Below, piece after piece: positions 1-9,661 of a stretch of DNA of 64,000 nt (positions are counted from its first letter, which is position 1; each line of letters opens with the position of its first letter). The stretch comes from Candidatus Woesearchaeota archaeon (GTDB taxonomy: Archaea; Nanobdellota; Nanobdellia; Pacearchaeales; GW2011-AR1). Both the position numbers and the translations under genes were made by a program. The stretch lies in assembly GCA_964514585.1 (NCBI GenBank), contig CAZETU010000001.1, positions 165,184-229,183 on the forward strand, in the 5' to 3' direction. The notes beneath the pieces were generated by a model. It ran no database searches. It had not been told where the DNA came from and worked only from the letters and a program-made list of their open reading frames with translations.

Positions 1-1
1 A

Positions 2-175
2 GAAAAACGCTCAAGCAAAGAAGTCTGGGATGAAAGAATCAAAAAAATTGAGGTATTCAATCCAGCCTTCGATAAAACAAAACTCAAAAATCTTTCAGGA
101 GTAATCTCAGAATTCGGAGTATTGCCACCAAAACAATTCGTCAAAAAAGCAAAACAGAAATTAAAAAGTTTTTAG
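2..175 (+). CDS. C-terminal fragment of an unidentified protein, truncated by the window start
   Basis: Open frame 2 runs from the window edge to TAG at 173-175, translating ...EKRSSKEVWDERIKKIEVFNPAFDKTKLKNLSGVISEFGVLPPKQFVKKAKQKLKSF. No family recognised. Confidence 0.25.
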   Translation, partial: EKRSSKEVWDERIKKIEVFNPAFDKTKLKNLSGVISEFGVLPPKQFVKKAKQKLKSF

Positions 176-351
176 ATTGCCAAGTCGGCAAATTAGAATT
201 TTAGGCGCAGGTTGTCCTTTGGACGGCGCCGTTAAGAAATTTTAATTTGCATTAAATACGATATTTAGAATTAAATTTTTCATAAAAAATCTAATTCTAA
301 AGAATCGCTAACTTAAGAGGGTACACAAGCGAGGGAGATATCTCCCTGGGT

Positions 352-756
352 TTAAGCAACTTTCATAACCTTTCTAATCACAATCGAAGCAACAACGCTA
401 AATCCAATATAATACCAAATCCAAGTTGAGCCCATCAACGGCGTATAAATACTTCTAAGCCAAGCAAACAAAATCAAAAACGGAATTATCGTCACAAACA
501 TCGGCCTCATCGAAGACTTAAACATAACTCCAGTCAACTTCAGCATCTCAGCATTCAATTCCTGCAAAATTCCCGGATCCTTACACCCTCTAAGCTCCTT
601 CTGAATCTCCTTTTGTCGCTTCTTCAAATTCTGCATATGCTCCTGATTCGTCAACCACTTATGCGCCAACGTAGAAATAAAAGTCACAATAATCGACACA
701 ACTATAATTGAATAAATAGGATACGCAGTCATCACCTCAACTAATGTCATCACCAT
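352..756 (-). CDS. DUF106 / archaeal Oxa1-YidC-EMC3-like membrane protein insertase
   Basis: 134 aa with 3 TM segments and a K/E-rich coiled loop (KKRQKEIQKELRG). Sits immediately downstream of secY as in many archaea. Confidence 0.55.
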   Translation of the reverse strand: MVMTLVEVMTAYPIYSIIVVSIIVTFISTLAHKWLTNQEHMQNLKKRQKEIQKELRGCKDPGILQELNAEMLKLTGVMFKSSMRPMFVTIIPFLILFAWLRSIYTPLMGSTWIWYYIGFSVVASIVIRKVMKVA

Positions 757-892
757 AAATACAATTCACCCTATATAAATCTAATCCTAACCAAACCCAA
801 AAACCAAAAACACGTACTTTCTCCTATATAAATCTAATCATAACCCAAACCGCGCAACAAAGAACTTTCCACCAGAATTTTTTTTGATGTCT

Positions 893-2257
893 TTATGCGC
901 CAAAGAATCCTTTTAGGGCTGGATTCATATCAACCGCGTGCTGCTGTGCAATATTCTGATACAACTGATACAAAATCATGATTGCCAAAAGAATCGCAGT
1001 CCCACCAACCAAAGCTCCAAGTAAATTTGCAACACTAGCCAGGATACCAATCGCAGCTCCACCCATAACCGTCAATGGCGTAACGTACCTCTTCAAAATC
1101 GACTCCAAAACTCTCTCATCTTTCCTAAACCCAGGCATACTCATCCCAGAACTAACAATCTTTTTCGCCTGACTCCTAGCATCCATCCCAGAAGTTCCAA
1201 CCCAAAAGAAGGCAAATAGAATAGAAAATAAAGTATAAAACAAAACATGACCAACAGCTTGTAAAGCATAAACCCATCTAAAACTCCCAGTAATTATCGT
1301 CTCTAAAATAGGAGTAGAATGAATCCAGTACGCAAATCCAGAAATAGGAGTCCCACTAGAAAATCCTCCAAGGAAAGTTGGACTACCCAACCAATTCTGT
1401 AACAACGACGCAAACAACTGCAAGTTAGCAGCCAAAGCCGAAACTAAAATAACAGGAATAACACCAGCATAGAAAAACTGCAAAGGCCACTTAACCGAAT
1501 GCCCCCGAATTCTATCAAACGCCAACGGAATCTCAACCTTCAAGCTCTGAGCAAAAACAACAGCCAAAAATAAAGCAGCAGTAACCAAAATAGGAAACAA
1601 CGCCCTGGCAATCCCAGTCCCATCCCCAGCAGCAACACTGACTACCAGCGCCAAAACTTTACCACTAGCCTCAAACGTCCCTTGAGTTCCTATAAACTGA
1701 AACAACTGTGAAAATAATCTCCAACCAATACCACCAGCAATAAACAAACTAACTCCAGAACCAAAGCCCCATTTCTGGATAACTTCATCCATAAAAATAA
1801 TCAGAAAACCACCAAGGCACAACTGAAAAATCACAAGCCCAGTAAACCCAGGTTCAGCCTGAATACCCTTCATCAAAACATAAACCAATGACTCGAAAAT
1901 CACAAACGCGAATGCCAACAACTTCTGCAAAGCCTGAAAAAATTTCTTACCCTCGTCAGTATTCGTATCAATATTCAAAATCTGCGCCCCATTCAGCAAC
2001 TGCAAAATAATAGAAGCCATAACAATAGGACCAATACCAAGCGAAATAATCGAACCAAAAGAAGTCCCAAGCATAATAGCCAAATATTCAAATCGTGACA
2101 TCGCATTCCCAGAAATACCAAACAACGGAATATTAGACAAAATAAAATAAAACACCAAAATCACCAACGTCCATTTCAACTTAACATTAAAACTAACCTT
2201 CTTCTCAGTCGGCCCCCTTACCTCGGGCAAATTGTGCAACAAATCTCTCAAAGCCAT
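893..2257 (-). CDS. secY: Preprotein translocase subunit SecY
   Basis: 454 aa, 10-TM profile with typical SecY motifs. Lies at the end of the r-protein operon after L15. Confidence 0.9.
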   Translation of the reverse strand: MALRDLLHNLPEVRGPTEKKVSFNVKLKWTLVILVFYFILSNIPLFGISGNAMSRFEYLAIMLGTSFGSIISLGIGPIVMASIILQLLNGAQILNIDTNTDEGKKFFQALQKLLAFAFVIFESLVYVLMKGIQAEPGFTGLVIFQLCLGGFLIIFMDEVIQKWGFGSGVSLFIAGGIGWRLFSQLFQFIGTQGTFEASGKVLALVVSVAAGDGTGIARALFPILVTAALFLAVVFAQSLKVEIPLAFDRIRGHSVKWPLQFFYAGVIPVILVSALAANLQLFASLLQNWLGSPTFLGGFSSGTPISGFAYWIHSTPILETIITGSFRWVYALQAVGHVLFYTLFSILFAFFWVGTSGMDARSQAKKIVSSGMSMPGFRKDERVLESILKRYVTPLTVMGGAAIGILASVANLLGALVGGTAILLAIMILYQLYQNIAQQHAVDMNPALKGFFGA

Positions 2258-2358
2258 GTTTTATGAAGAAGATTTTGTTTTATAAAGATTGTTATCTAAA
2301 AAATCCCCAAATTATTTCAAACAGAAAAACTTAAAAGAAAAGTACTTGGAATCTAATT

Positions 2359-2766
2359 ATGGGTCAAGACCACCTAGAAAACACATACAGAGCAGAATTT
2401 AAAAAAATAAGAATTTATCAGCCAGAAGATTTATTAGAAATCGAAGGAGTTTTATCAGGACAAGAAGACAGCCTTATTTTATATTTAGCTTTAGATCATT
2501 GTGATGGAGAGTGTATATTAAAAGAAAAAGGGAGTACTACAGGAATAGGCTTTCGAGCCAAGGAAGCCTCCACGGAGATAACATATTTGGGAGTTCATTC
2601 AAAGATACAAGGAAAGGGAATAGGACGAGAGTTAGTAAGTTCAGTAGAAAGAATATGCAAAAAACTAGGAATAAGGAAGATATGGTCTAGAAATAATTGC
2701 TATACACCTTTTTACAGAAAAATAGGATGGAATTCAATCCCAGAAGGAATGGGAAAAATCATTTAG
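2359..2766 (+). CDS. GNAT family N-acetyltransferase
   Basis: 135 aa with acetyl-CoA-binding motif LGVHSKIQGKGIGRELV (Q/R-x-x-G-x-G/A). Sits on the opposite strand between secY and rpl15. Confidence 0.6.
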   Translation: MGQDHLENTYRAEFKKIRIYQPEDLLEIEGVLSGQEDSLILYLALDHCDGECILKEKGSTTGIGFRAKEASTEITYLGVHSKIQGKGIGRELVSSVERICKKLGIRKIWSRNNCYTPFYRKIGWNSIPEGMGKII

Positions 2767-2768
2767 CA

Positions 2769-3266
2769 TTACTCTCCCTCTTCGCTATCGTCTTCAGTCT
2801 TAGCAGGTTTCTTCTTCTCAACTTTCTTATACTGCTTAACAGCTTCTTTCTTCACAGGCAAAATAATCTTTCCACCAGCCTTTTCCATTTTCTCAATCGC
2901 CGAAGCCGATGCAGCCAAAGCAGTTATTTCAGCCTTAAACCCTTCACCAACTCCAAGAATCTTATGCTTAGGAAAGCTAATTTTGTCCCCGTCCTTCTTG
3001 AAAAAATTAGCCTTAACGTCCCTCAAATTAATATTCACAGACTTATCTCGCTTTGTCCCCTGAGAAGTAGCTCCCTGCTTTCCAAAATACTTACCCTTAA
3101 CAGATTGCTCTGCAGATTGCTTCTTATGGTCGCCCCGTTTTCCAGTTCCAGCCATACCAAAACCACCCTTATTACCATGGCCCTTATGCTTCTGCCTAAA
3201 CCCCCAACCAACAGTCCGAGCTCCTCGAATTCTAGAATTCTTTGTCCTCTTGTGAACCTTAACCAT
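2769..3266 (-). CDS. rpl15: Ribosomal protein uL15
   Basis: N-terminus MVKVHKRTKNSRIRGARTVGWG...GHGNKGG plus a K/E-rich C-terminal tail. Position is between L30 and secY. Confidence 0.85.
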   Translation of the reverse strand: MVKVHKRTKNSRIRGARTVGWGFRQKHKGHGNKGGFGMAGTGKRGDHKKQSAEQSVKGKYFGKQGATSQGTKRDKSVNINLRDVKANFFKKDGDKISFPKHKILGVGEGFKAEITALAASASAIEKMEKAGGKIILPVKKEAVKQYKKVEKKKPAKTEDDSEEGE

Positions 3267-3610
3267 TACAACATTCTCCCAACTAATTTAACGATATCTT
3301 CATGCTCGCCCAAAATTCCCTTAGGAGCCGCAACCTTACTAGATTTCTTAAACCCGCCTCGTGGAGGATGTAAAAAGTAAACTCCATCCTTATCTTTCCG
3401 AGCCGCTTTTAATTCCTTAATAAAATCTTCACCAACAGAACCATAAGCAACCATATGAGAAACAGACCTAACCATTCCCATTCTAATAACATCTTTCTCG
3501 TCAATCAAAACACAAGTAAACTTTTTCTCCATCTTCAACCGCTTCAAGGTCTCATTATCCTTAATCTTATTCTTAACTTGCCCCGCAATTCTAACTACAA
3601 CGACTACCAT
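3266..3610 (-). CDS. rpl30: Ribosomal protein uL30
   Basis: 114 aa. Operon position between S5 and L15, with L30-like core. Confidence 0.8.
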   Translation of the reverse strand: MVVVVVRIAGQVKNKIKDNETLKRLKMEKKFTCVLIDEKDVIRMGMVRSVSHMVAYGSVGEDFIKELKAARKDKDGVYFLHPPRGGFKKSSKVAAPKGILGEHEDIVKLVGRML

Positions 3611-4494
3611 TAAATCTGAACCTCGCCCAATTTATTCAAAGCTTCCATACATGCCTTAGCAGTGTTAAACGTAGTTTTAACCTTTCCCGAACACCGACTA
3701 TAAATATCCTTAATCCCAACAGCCCTCAAAATCTTCTTCATCTCATCCCCAATAACTAATCCAGTTCCCTGTGGCGCAGGCATCAACTTAACCTCAACAG
3801 AAGAACACTTCCCTTTAACGGTAAACGGAATACTATGCTCCTCATCACAAGAACAATCATACGAAGCACATCCCCTCGGAATCTTAACAACATTCAACTT
3901 AGCTTTCCTAATCGCCTTCTCCTTCGCCGGCAAAGTCTCAGCAGCCCTACCATATCCAATTCCAATATGCCCATGCCCGTCACCAACAACAGCCATAACT
4001 CCAAAAGTCAAAACGTTCCCTTCCTTAGTCTTCTTCTGTGTTTGCCTAAACGCCCTTCGCTTTCCACCACCAAACTTACCCTTAGCCTGACCAATAAACA
4101 AAGTATCAGTACGCAACCCAGGAATCAAAAGATCAACAATCTGCGGCTCCATAATCTTACGACCCGCATCAAAAACCTCACCAATATTCTTAACTTTTCC
4201 AGCCCTAACTTCCTTTCCTAACTGTGTCCGTGGAACCCAATTATCAAGCTTCTCCTTATCCTCTCGAGCAAATCTCTCTTCCCTACTCTCTCGCTTATAC
4301 TCACCACGACCCTCTTCAACTTTAGCCTTAGCATCAAATTCCTTAGAGACCTTCTCATCCTTAGCTTTCTCTTTCTCCTCGACAACTTCAACCATTTCTT
4401 TCAATTGTTCCTTAACATCTAATTCCTTTTCCATTACCTTTTCCATTACTTCTTCAGCCTGGACTTCCTTTTTAGCAACACTCGTCTCTGCCAT
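3610..4494 (-). CDS. rps5: Ribosomal protein uS5 with ~85-aa K/E-rich N-terminal extension
   Basis: Core GHGHIGIGYGRAAETLPAKEKAIRKAK...IPRG is uS5. The N-terminus is low-complexity E/K/V-rich. Confidence 0.85.
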   Translation of the reverse strand: MAETSVAKKEVQAEEVMEKVMEKELDVKEQLKEMVEVVEEKEKAKDEKVSKEFDAKAKVEEGRGEYKRESREERFAREDKEKLDNWVPRTQLGKEVRAGKVKNIGEVFDAGRKIMEPQIVDLLIPGLRTDTLFIGQAKGKFGGGKRRAFRQTQKKTKEGNVLTFGVMAVVGDGHGHIGIGYGRAAETLPAKEKAIRKAKLNVVKIPRGCASYDCSCDEEHSIPFTVKGKCSSVEVKLMPAPQGTGLVIGDEMKKILRAVGIKDIYSRCSGKVKTTFNTAKACMEALNKLGEVQI

Positions 4495-4979
4495 TATGCT
4501 AATCCTCCCTTGATTTTCCCAATCATATCCTTAACCTCTGCTTTCAAATGCTCTCCATTCAACCTGTCTTCCGAAGGGAAAACCTTTTCATTAGCACTAA
4601 TATCAAGACCACCATCAATCAATCCTTTAACAACAGCAAATACTCTAGAACCAGAAAGTGTCCTAGCCATTCCAAGATCCATAACATATTTTCCTTTGCC
4701 TAATTTCTTAGCCATTAGTATACCAGTCAAATATCCAGCAGGAATCGATTTCAAACTTCCGCCCATCTTAGCGTCCCAACCATTCTTCAAGAGTTCCTTA
4801 GAAGTAATCGTAGCAACAACCTTATCCTGAGCCTCGAAACTCTCAACAGCCTGAATAACAAAATGCTTATTTGTTCTTCGCACAACTATCCTTGGTATAC
4901 CAGATTTCAACAAGCCAGTCCTAGCTTTGTAGTCTGTCTTATTTTCTCTTCTCCGTCGCTTCATTGTTCTAAGTCCCAT
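4494..4979 (-). CDS. rpl18: Ribosomal protein uL18
   Basis: N-terminus MKRRRRENKTDYKARTGLL is uL18-like. Operon position matches. Confidence 0.85.
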   Translation of the reverse strand: MGLRTMKRRRRENKTDYKARTGLLKSGIPRIVVRRTNKHFVIQAVESFEAQDKVVATITSKELLKNGWDAKMGGSLKSIPAGYLTGILMAKKLGKGKYVMDLGMARTLSGSRVFAVVKGLIDGGLDISANEKVFPSEDRLNGEHLKAEVKDMIGKIKGGLA

Positions 4980-4980
4980 A

Positions 4981-5382
4981 TTATAATTCCTCCAAACTCT
5001 CCTTTAAGTGTCTTTTGCTCCTAAACTTTCGAGCCCGAATTTGCTTCCTAATTTCCCTATTTTTCTCCTTATCAATCTTACCAGCCCGGATAAGTCCTCT
5101 AACAAAAGTCCTAAGCTTCCTCGTAATAATCACATACTCAGCCTTCCTAGTGTTAACCTTCTTCTTAATTTTTCCAGTTCTCCTTCTATTCTTTCTCTTA
5201 ACAATCTTTTTCCGACCGCCAATTTCCTTAATTTGGATAGCTCCACTCTTATGCAAATCAGCAATATCCATCCTCGTAATCGCTTCCTTAATCTCAGGCA
5301 AATGTTCCTCCACAAAAACAATCCGATTCTTTCCGACCTTCAAAACCTTAGCCGCTAATTCTTTCTTCTTCGCTAGTTGCAT
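4981..5382 (-). CDS. rpl19e: Ribosomal protein eL19
   Basis: N-terminus MQLAKKKELAAKVLKVGKNRIVF plus a basic C-terminus. Confidence 0.85.
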   Translation of the reverse strand: MQLAKKKELAAKVLKVGKNRIVFVEEHLPEIKEAITRMDIADLHKSGAIQIKEIGGRKKIVKRKNRRRTGKIKKKVNTRKAEYVIITRKLRTFVRGLIRAGKIDKEKNREIRKQIRARKFRSKRHLKESLEEL

Positions 5383-5765
5383 TATGCTACCTTCCTATAT
5401 TTGTTTAATATCGTAACCTTCATTTCATTTGCCTTCGCAATAATTTCATTCTTTTTCTTCTTCCCAATAGAAGCAATAACAGCGCCCTGTCCTTTCTTCA
5501 CAGCTTCCATTTCCTTAACATTCTCAACCCTAATAACTTCCATACCCTCAACAAATCCTTTGGTAGTTCCTTCAGCTCCCCAGCCAATCTTCGGCCTCTG
5601 CATTCTACCCTTCCGATTAAGTCTCAATTTATTCTGCCGACCCTTAGCCCCATGCCATTTCTGATTTTTCTTAACACCCTTACCAAGCCTAATCTTTTTA
5701 TGCCAATCAGTCCTCAAAAATTTCGGCTTTTTTCTCGTTGTAGTTTTTTTCTCAGTTTCTGCCAT
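5382..5765 (-). CDS. rpl32e: Ribosomal protein eL32
   Basis: Contains KPKFLRTDWHKKIRLGKG...WHGAKGRQNK. Confidence 0.85.
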   Translation of the reverse strand: MAETEKKTTTRKKPKFLRTDWHKKIRLGKGVKKNQKWHGAKGRQNKLRLNRKGRMQRPKIGWGAEGTTKGFVEGMEVIRVENVKEMEAVKKGQGAVIASIGKKKKNEIIAKANEMKVTILNKYRKVA

Positions 5766-6325
5766 TAAATCTCCCTATAAGGTTTTTTAGTTATAAAAAT
5801 TCCATCCTGAAAAATTCGTCTATCCCGACCAGTCAACCGAGTAGCTTTCTCCAAATTAGCCGCAGTCTGTCCAGCAGCCTCGATATTATGAGACGTAACA
5901 GTAATCGCACTCCCCTTAATATCAACCTTAGCCTCAGGCATAACCCTTGCAACCCTCTGAGTTGTCTCACCCAAAAACGACTTAATCACAATCTTGTCGC
6001 CCTCAGCCTTAACATTCATAGGAAAGTGAACATTACAAACTTCCAACTCATAAACAAAATCCTCACCAGCACCCTTAATCATATTTTTCAAATGCGCCCA
6101 AATTGTCCCAATCATCTTCGATTCTCTTCGTGTAGCGCCCTTAGCAACAAAAACAACCTTGCCATCATTAACCTTAACCGAAACCTTCCCCATATCAAAA
6201 CTCCGTTTCAATTCTTTGCCATTCCCCTTAACAATTATCTCTTTATCATTAACAGCAACTTCAACTCCAGCCGGGATCTCAACAACTCTCTCCAAATCTT
6301 TGTTCATCTTAATAATAAAAAGCAA
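5765..6325 (-). CDS. rpl6: Ribosomal protein uL6
   Basis: 186 aa with two-domain L6 pattern. Operon position matches. Confidence 0.85.
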   Translation of the reverse strand: MLFIIKMNKDLERVVEIPAGVEVAVNDKEIIVKGNGKELKRSFDMGKVSVKVNDGKVVFVAKGATRRESKMIGTIWAHLKNMIKGAGEDFVYELEVCNVHFPMNVKAEGDKIVIKSFLGETTQRVARVMPEAKVDIKGSAITVTSHNIEAAGQTAANLEKATRLTGRDRRIFQDGIFITKKPYREI

Positions 6326-6686
6326 TCAAGCTTCCCCCAATTTTATTTTCAATAGCATACTTATGTCCAACCAATCCGCGGTTCGTAGAAATTACCAACT
6401 TACCAAAATTCCTAGACGGCAAAAATCTCCGAAGATATCTATCAATCCCGTCAGCTCCAACATAATACCTCGGCTTAATCGCCTTACATTCATTCAACTT
6501 AATTATCTTAACAGTTACAGTCTTCTCTTCCTCATTAACTTCATAATCAATATGACCATCTGCCTTCATTAAATCCAACATTCCAACCAAAACCTTAGAG
6601 TACCTTCTAATTACAAGCTCTCGCTTTCCGATTCTCTTCGCATTCATTATTTGGTTTAATCCATCTGATACTACATCTTGACTCAT
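6309..6686 (-). CDS. rps8: Ribosomal protein uS8
   Basis: N-terminus MSQDVVSDGLNQIMNAKRIGKRE, C-terminus ISTNRGLVGHKYAIENKIGGSLIAFYY. Confidence 0.85.
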   Translation of the reverse strand: MSQDVVSDGLNQIMNAKRIGKRELVIRRYSKVLVGMLDLMKADGHIDYEVNEEEKTVTVKIIKLNECKAIKPRYYVGADGIDRYLRRFLPSRNFGKLVISTNRGLVGHKYAIENKIGGSLIAFYY

Positions 6687-6695
6687 TTTATTCTC

Positions 6696-6932
6696 CTAGC
6701 TGTATTTCTTGAAACCGAGCTCAACTGCTAATTCTCTAAAACAGTGTCGGCACAAATTTAAATTATAAGATGATATGTGAGCGCCGTGTCTTCCACAAAC
6801 TTCACATTTCTGAGCAGCGACGCCATACTCTCGAGCCTTAGGTTTGTTGTGTTTCAAAAACTTCTTCAAAACAGCTGGCTTTCCCCTAAGCTGTCTAGTT
6901 ATTTTTCTCCAATCACTCGCTGTCATCTTCAA
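6696..6932 (-). CDS. rps14: Ribosomal protein uS14 (zinc-binding type)
   Basis: Motif CEVCGRHGAHISSYNLNLCRHCFRE. The N-terminus is slightly longer than usual, so the true start may be an internal Met. Confidence 0.8.
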   Translation of the reverse strand: MKMTASDWRKITRQLRGKPAVLKKFLKHNKPKAREYGVAAQKCEVCGRHGAHISSYNLNLCRHCFRELAVELGFKKYS

Positions 6933-7458
6933 TATTCCTTTTTTGCTTTCGCAAAATTTCTGTGTTAAATTTAGTTATAAGATAATTTTCAATTTCTTCT
7001 CGCGTTACAACAATCCTACGCGCCTTTCCCCTTTTAATCTTTTTCGTTTCAACAGACTTCCCAGCTCGACTAAAGACAGCGACGACCTCAAGCCCCATAA
7101 TTCCGACTTCCCTAATATACTCTACACCAGGAATCTCAATATACTCATGGATCCCAAACGAAAAACAATTAGGCTGAATCTGTTTTTCTTTCAAAGTATT
7201 ATCAATCGCAGGAAGCAACTTCTTCAACATCTCCATAGCATCCTCGCCCCGAATCGTAACTTTTGTTCCAACTTCCAAACCAGGTCGAACATTCCAAGTC
7301 GGAATTCTCTTAGTAGCCTTAACTTTAACAGCCTTCTTCCCGCTAAGCTTCTCAAGCAAAATAACTCCCTTCTCCAACTTCTCAGCAACGCCACCAATAT
7401 TCAAAATAACTTTCTCCAACTTAATTTCTCTCATCTTGTTTTCCATTTTCTGTTCCAT
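6913..7458 (-). CDS. rpl5: Ribosomal protein uL5
   Basis: 181 aa with L5 core, positioned between S4e and S14. Confidence 0.85.
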   Translation of the reverse strand: MEQKMENKMREIKLEKVILNIGGVAEKLEKGVILLEKLSGKKAVKVKATKRIPTWNVRPGLEVGTKVTIRGEDAMEMLKKLLPAIDNTLKEKQIQPNCFSFGIHEYIEIPGVEYIREVGIMGLEVVAVFSRAGKSVETKKIKRGKARRIVVTREEIENYLITKFNTEILRKQKRNIEDDSE

Positions 7459-8117
7459 TATGCAATCACCAAGATAGTCTTGTAAGGCAAGCTTACTTCC
7501 CTATCTTCCAATTTAATTTTATAATTTCGACCTCGAGTCAATTCCTCAAAACCAATCAACTTACCTTTCTCACCAGCATGCTTACCAACAACAACTTCAA
7601 TTCGCGCCCCTTCCTTCAATGGCAAAACTTTTTCAATTTTATCTTCCTTAGTATTCAAAACAACAGAGTCCCCAACCGAAAATTTCTCCTTAGTCACAAA
7701 ATTCTGCCCGTCATCAAGATTCATCTGAACCGTCTTCTTATCTAAAACAGTTTTCCCAGAAATTTTAACAATCTTAGTCTCAGCTTCCTTAGCTGAAATC
7801 TCAGTCAAACTATATTTCTTATTAACAATCTCCAGTCGATAATTCAACTTCGCCTTATCTAAATTCAAAACATCAAAAACCTGAACAGGAAAATTCTCAT
7901 CCTTCCGAACCTTATTATTAACCTTAACCATCCCATTCAAAGTCATATACCTAACTTCCTTCCGAGTCTTAGCAATCTTCAAAACATCCCTAAGCAAAAA
8001 CAAAACAGAAATTCCCTTACTAGTCGCATGACTAGGCACAGCTACAAATCTCTTCCCTCGACCCTTTCGCGGGATTGGCCACGACGTAGGCATTTGTGTC
8101 TTCTTAATATGTGCCAT
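7458..8117 (-). CDS. rps4e: Ribosomal protein eS4
   Basis: N-terminus MAHIKKTQMPTSWPIPRKGRGKRFVAVPSHA, followed by a KOW region. Confidence 0.85.
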   Translation of the reverse strand: MAHIKKTQMPTSWPIPRKGRGKRFVAVPSHATSKGISVLFLLRDVLKIAKTRKEVRYMTLNGMVKVNNKVRKDENFPVQVFDVLNLDKAKLNYRLEIVNKKYSLTEISAKEAETKIVKISGKTVLDKKTVQMNLDDGQNFVTKEKFSVGDSVVLNTKEDKIEKVLPLKEGARIEVVVGKHAGEKGKLIGFEELTRGRNYKIKLEDREVSLPYKTILVIA

Positions 8118-8587
8118 TATTTCTTTTTCTCCTCTGCCTTTTTAACTTCAGTCTTAACTCCTTTCTTCTCTGCAGGTTTCTCTTCAACTTTGGCCTCAAT
8201 CTTAGCCTCTATCTTCTTACCAGATTTCAACCTTCGATTATCATCAGTATCCAAAGAAATTATCTTAACATTTGACGGATTAAACCATGTCTCAAGTTTC
8301 TCTCCACCAGCCTTACTCCTCTGAACTCCATCAATCTGAAGCCGAGTATGCTTAACATCAACTATCCCAACCTTGCCCTGCTTGCCCTTAAATTTTCCTC
8401 TCATGATCTTAACCTCGTCACCTTTCCTAACTTCAATACTTCGTCTTCCATATTTCTCCCGAAGAGCTTTGTCCAAAGTCGCTCCCATAAAAGTTCTCAT
8501 AATATGATTAGGCGCGTTAGCTCTAAACTTAACTTGCTTTCTCGGTTGCTTACTCGCATTCCACGTTTTACTAAATTCCGATTTCAT
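8117..8587 (-). CDS. rpl24: Ribosomal protein uL24 (KOW) with K/E/A-rich C-terminal extension
   Basis: KOW region KGDEVKIMRGKFKGKQGKV and tail KIEAKIEAKVEEKPAEKKGVKTEVKKAEEKKK. Confidence 0.8.
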   Translation of the reverse strand: MKSEFSKTWNASKQPRKQVKFRANAPNHIMRTFMGATLDKALREKYGRRSIEVRKGDEVKIMRGKFKGKQGKVGIVDVKHTRLQIDGVQRSKAGGEKLETWFNPSNVKIISLDTDDNRRLKSGKKIEAKIEAKVEEKPAEKKGVKTEVKKAEEKKK

Positions 8588-8588
8588 C

Positions 8589-8990
8589 TTAATAAATTGT
8601 ACTCGCTATTTTAGCGACCTCCTTCCATCTTTCCTGAACTTCTCTAGCAACAGATCCCTTGATCTGCGTACCCTTAGGATTCCCCTTATCATCTTTCAAA
8701 AGTGCAACAGCATTATCCGAAAAACAAACTCGCTCTCCAGTACTCCTTCTCCAAGGCTTCCTCTGCCTAACTAAAACAGCGTCGAAAATCTCGCCCTTCA
8801 TCTTAGGATCCCCTTTTCGAACAGAAACCTTGACCTGGTCCCCAATCTTAGCATAAGTCATTCGTCCCTTGCTAGTCTTACTCCCTTTAACTCCAACAAT
8901 CTTACAAATCCGAGCCCCACTATTATCACAAGCTTCCAAAATACTTCCAATATTCAAACTCCTCGTTGGTTTACCACTTACTGCTTTCAT
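8589..8990 (-). CDS. rpl14: Ribosomal protein uL14
   Basis: Contains LNIGSILEACDNSGARICKIVGVKG. Confidence 0.9.
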   Translation of the reverse strand: MKAVSGKPTRSLNIGSILEACDNSGARICKIVGVKGSKTSKGRMTYAKIGDQVKVSVRKGDPKMKGEIFDAVLVRQRKPWRRSTGERVCFSDNAVALLKDDKGNPKGTQIKGSVAREVQERWKEVAKIASTIY

Positions 8991-9355
8991 TCTACCTTCT
9001 CCTCGACATTTACTTTCTTAATTACCCTAGAAACAACAAAATGAATCATCTTCGAAATCGGCCTTGTCTCCGCAATCAAAATTAGATCTCCGACATTAAC
9101 ATCATCTTTCATACAATCAGGCAACCTAGCGTGAATCTTTGTCTTCCTCTTCTCATATCTTTCATATTTAGGCAACTTAAGCATTCTCTCAAACTGAATA
9201 GTAACTCGTCCACTCAACTTCCTTATAACAGCACCCTCAAAAGTTCGACCTCGCATCTTCAATTTATCCTTACCATGAACAGGACAAAATCTATCTTTGC
9301 ATTCGACCTTAGCCACGGCCTTCTCTGTTTTTGTTTCTTTCTTCTTTGTAACCAT
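8987..9355 (-). CDS. rps17: Ribosomal protein uS17
   Basis: Contains RGRTFEGAVIRKLSGRVTIQFER...IHARLPDC. Confidence 0.85.
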   Translation of the reverse strand: MVTKKKETKTEKAVAKVECKDRFCPVHGKDKLKMRGRTFEGAVIRKLSGRVTIQFERMLKLPKYERYEKRKTKIHARLPDCMKDDVNVGDLILIAETRPISKMIHFVVSRVIKKVNVEEKVE

Positions 9356-9360
9356 TTTAT

Positions 9361-9660
9361 TTATTCGTTGATTTGATCTTCACTAAATCCCATAGAAACC
9401 AAAATTGGTTTTATGTGACCTTTGTGATTTCCTTGCAACTCGATGACTTTGTTTTTGACTGTACCGCCACAAGCTCGTTTCATTTTGAGCTGCTTTGCGA
9501 TATCTTTTGTGTCAACGCCGTCGTCGAATCCGCTAATCATTGTGTTAACTTTCCCAAAACGCCTTTTTTCCGTCATAACATCAATCTGTTGCTGCGTTTT
9601 AGCAATTTCACCACAAACGCAAGCCGGAACCGGCAATCCACATTTCGGGCAAATATCCAC
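9361..9660 (-). CDS. Translation initiation factor aIF1/SUI1 with N-terminal Zn ribbon
   Basis: Zn ribbon CPKCGLPVPACVCGE plus SUI1 core KRACGGTVKNKVIELQGNH. Canonical archaeal position after L29. Confidence 0.75.
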   Translation of the reverse strand: MDICPKCGLPVPACVCGEIAKTQQQIDVMTEKRRFGKVNTMISGFDDGVDTKDIAKQLKMKRACGGTVKNKVIELQGNHKGHIKPILVSMGFSEDQINE

Positions 9661-9661
9661 T

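Noticed and set aside
2697-3380. 227-aa plus-strand ORF overlapping rpl15 and rpl30
   Set aside because: It is a shadow ORF antisense to well-supported r-protein genes, with low-complexity S/L/N-rich translation typical of reading the C/A-rich strand. The same applies to 3835-4221, 5008-5416, 5888-6572, 6844-7485, 10242-10610, 11136-11486, 12202-12579, 13229-13693 and 13768-14505.
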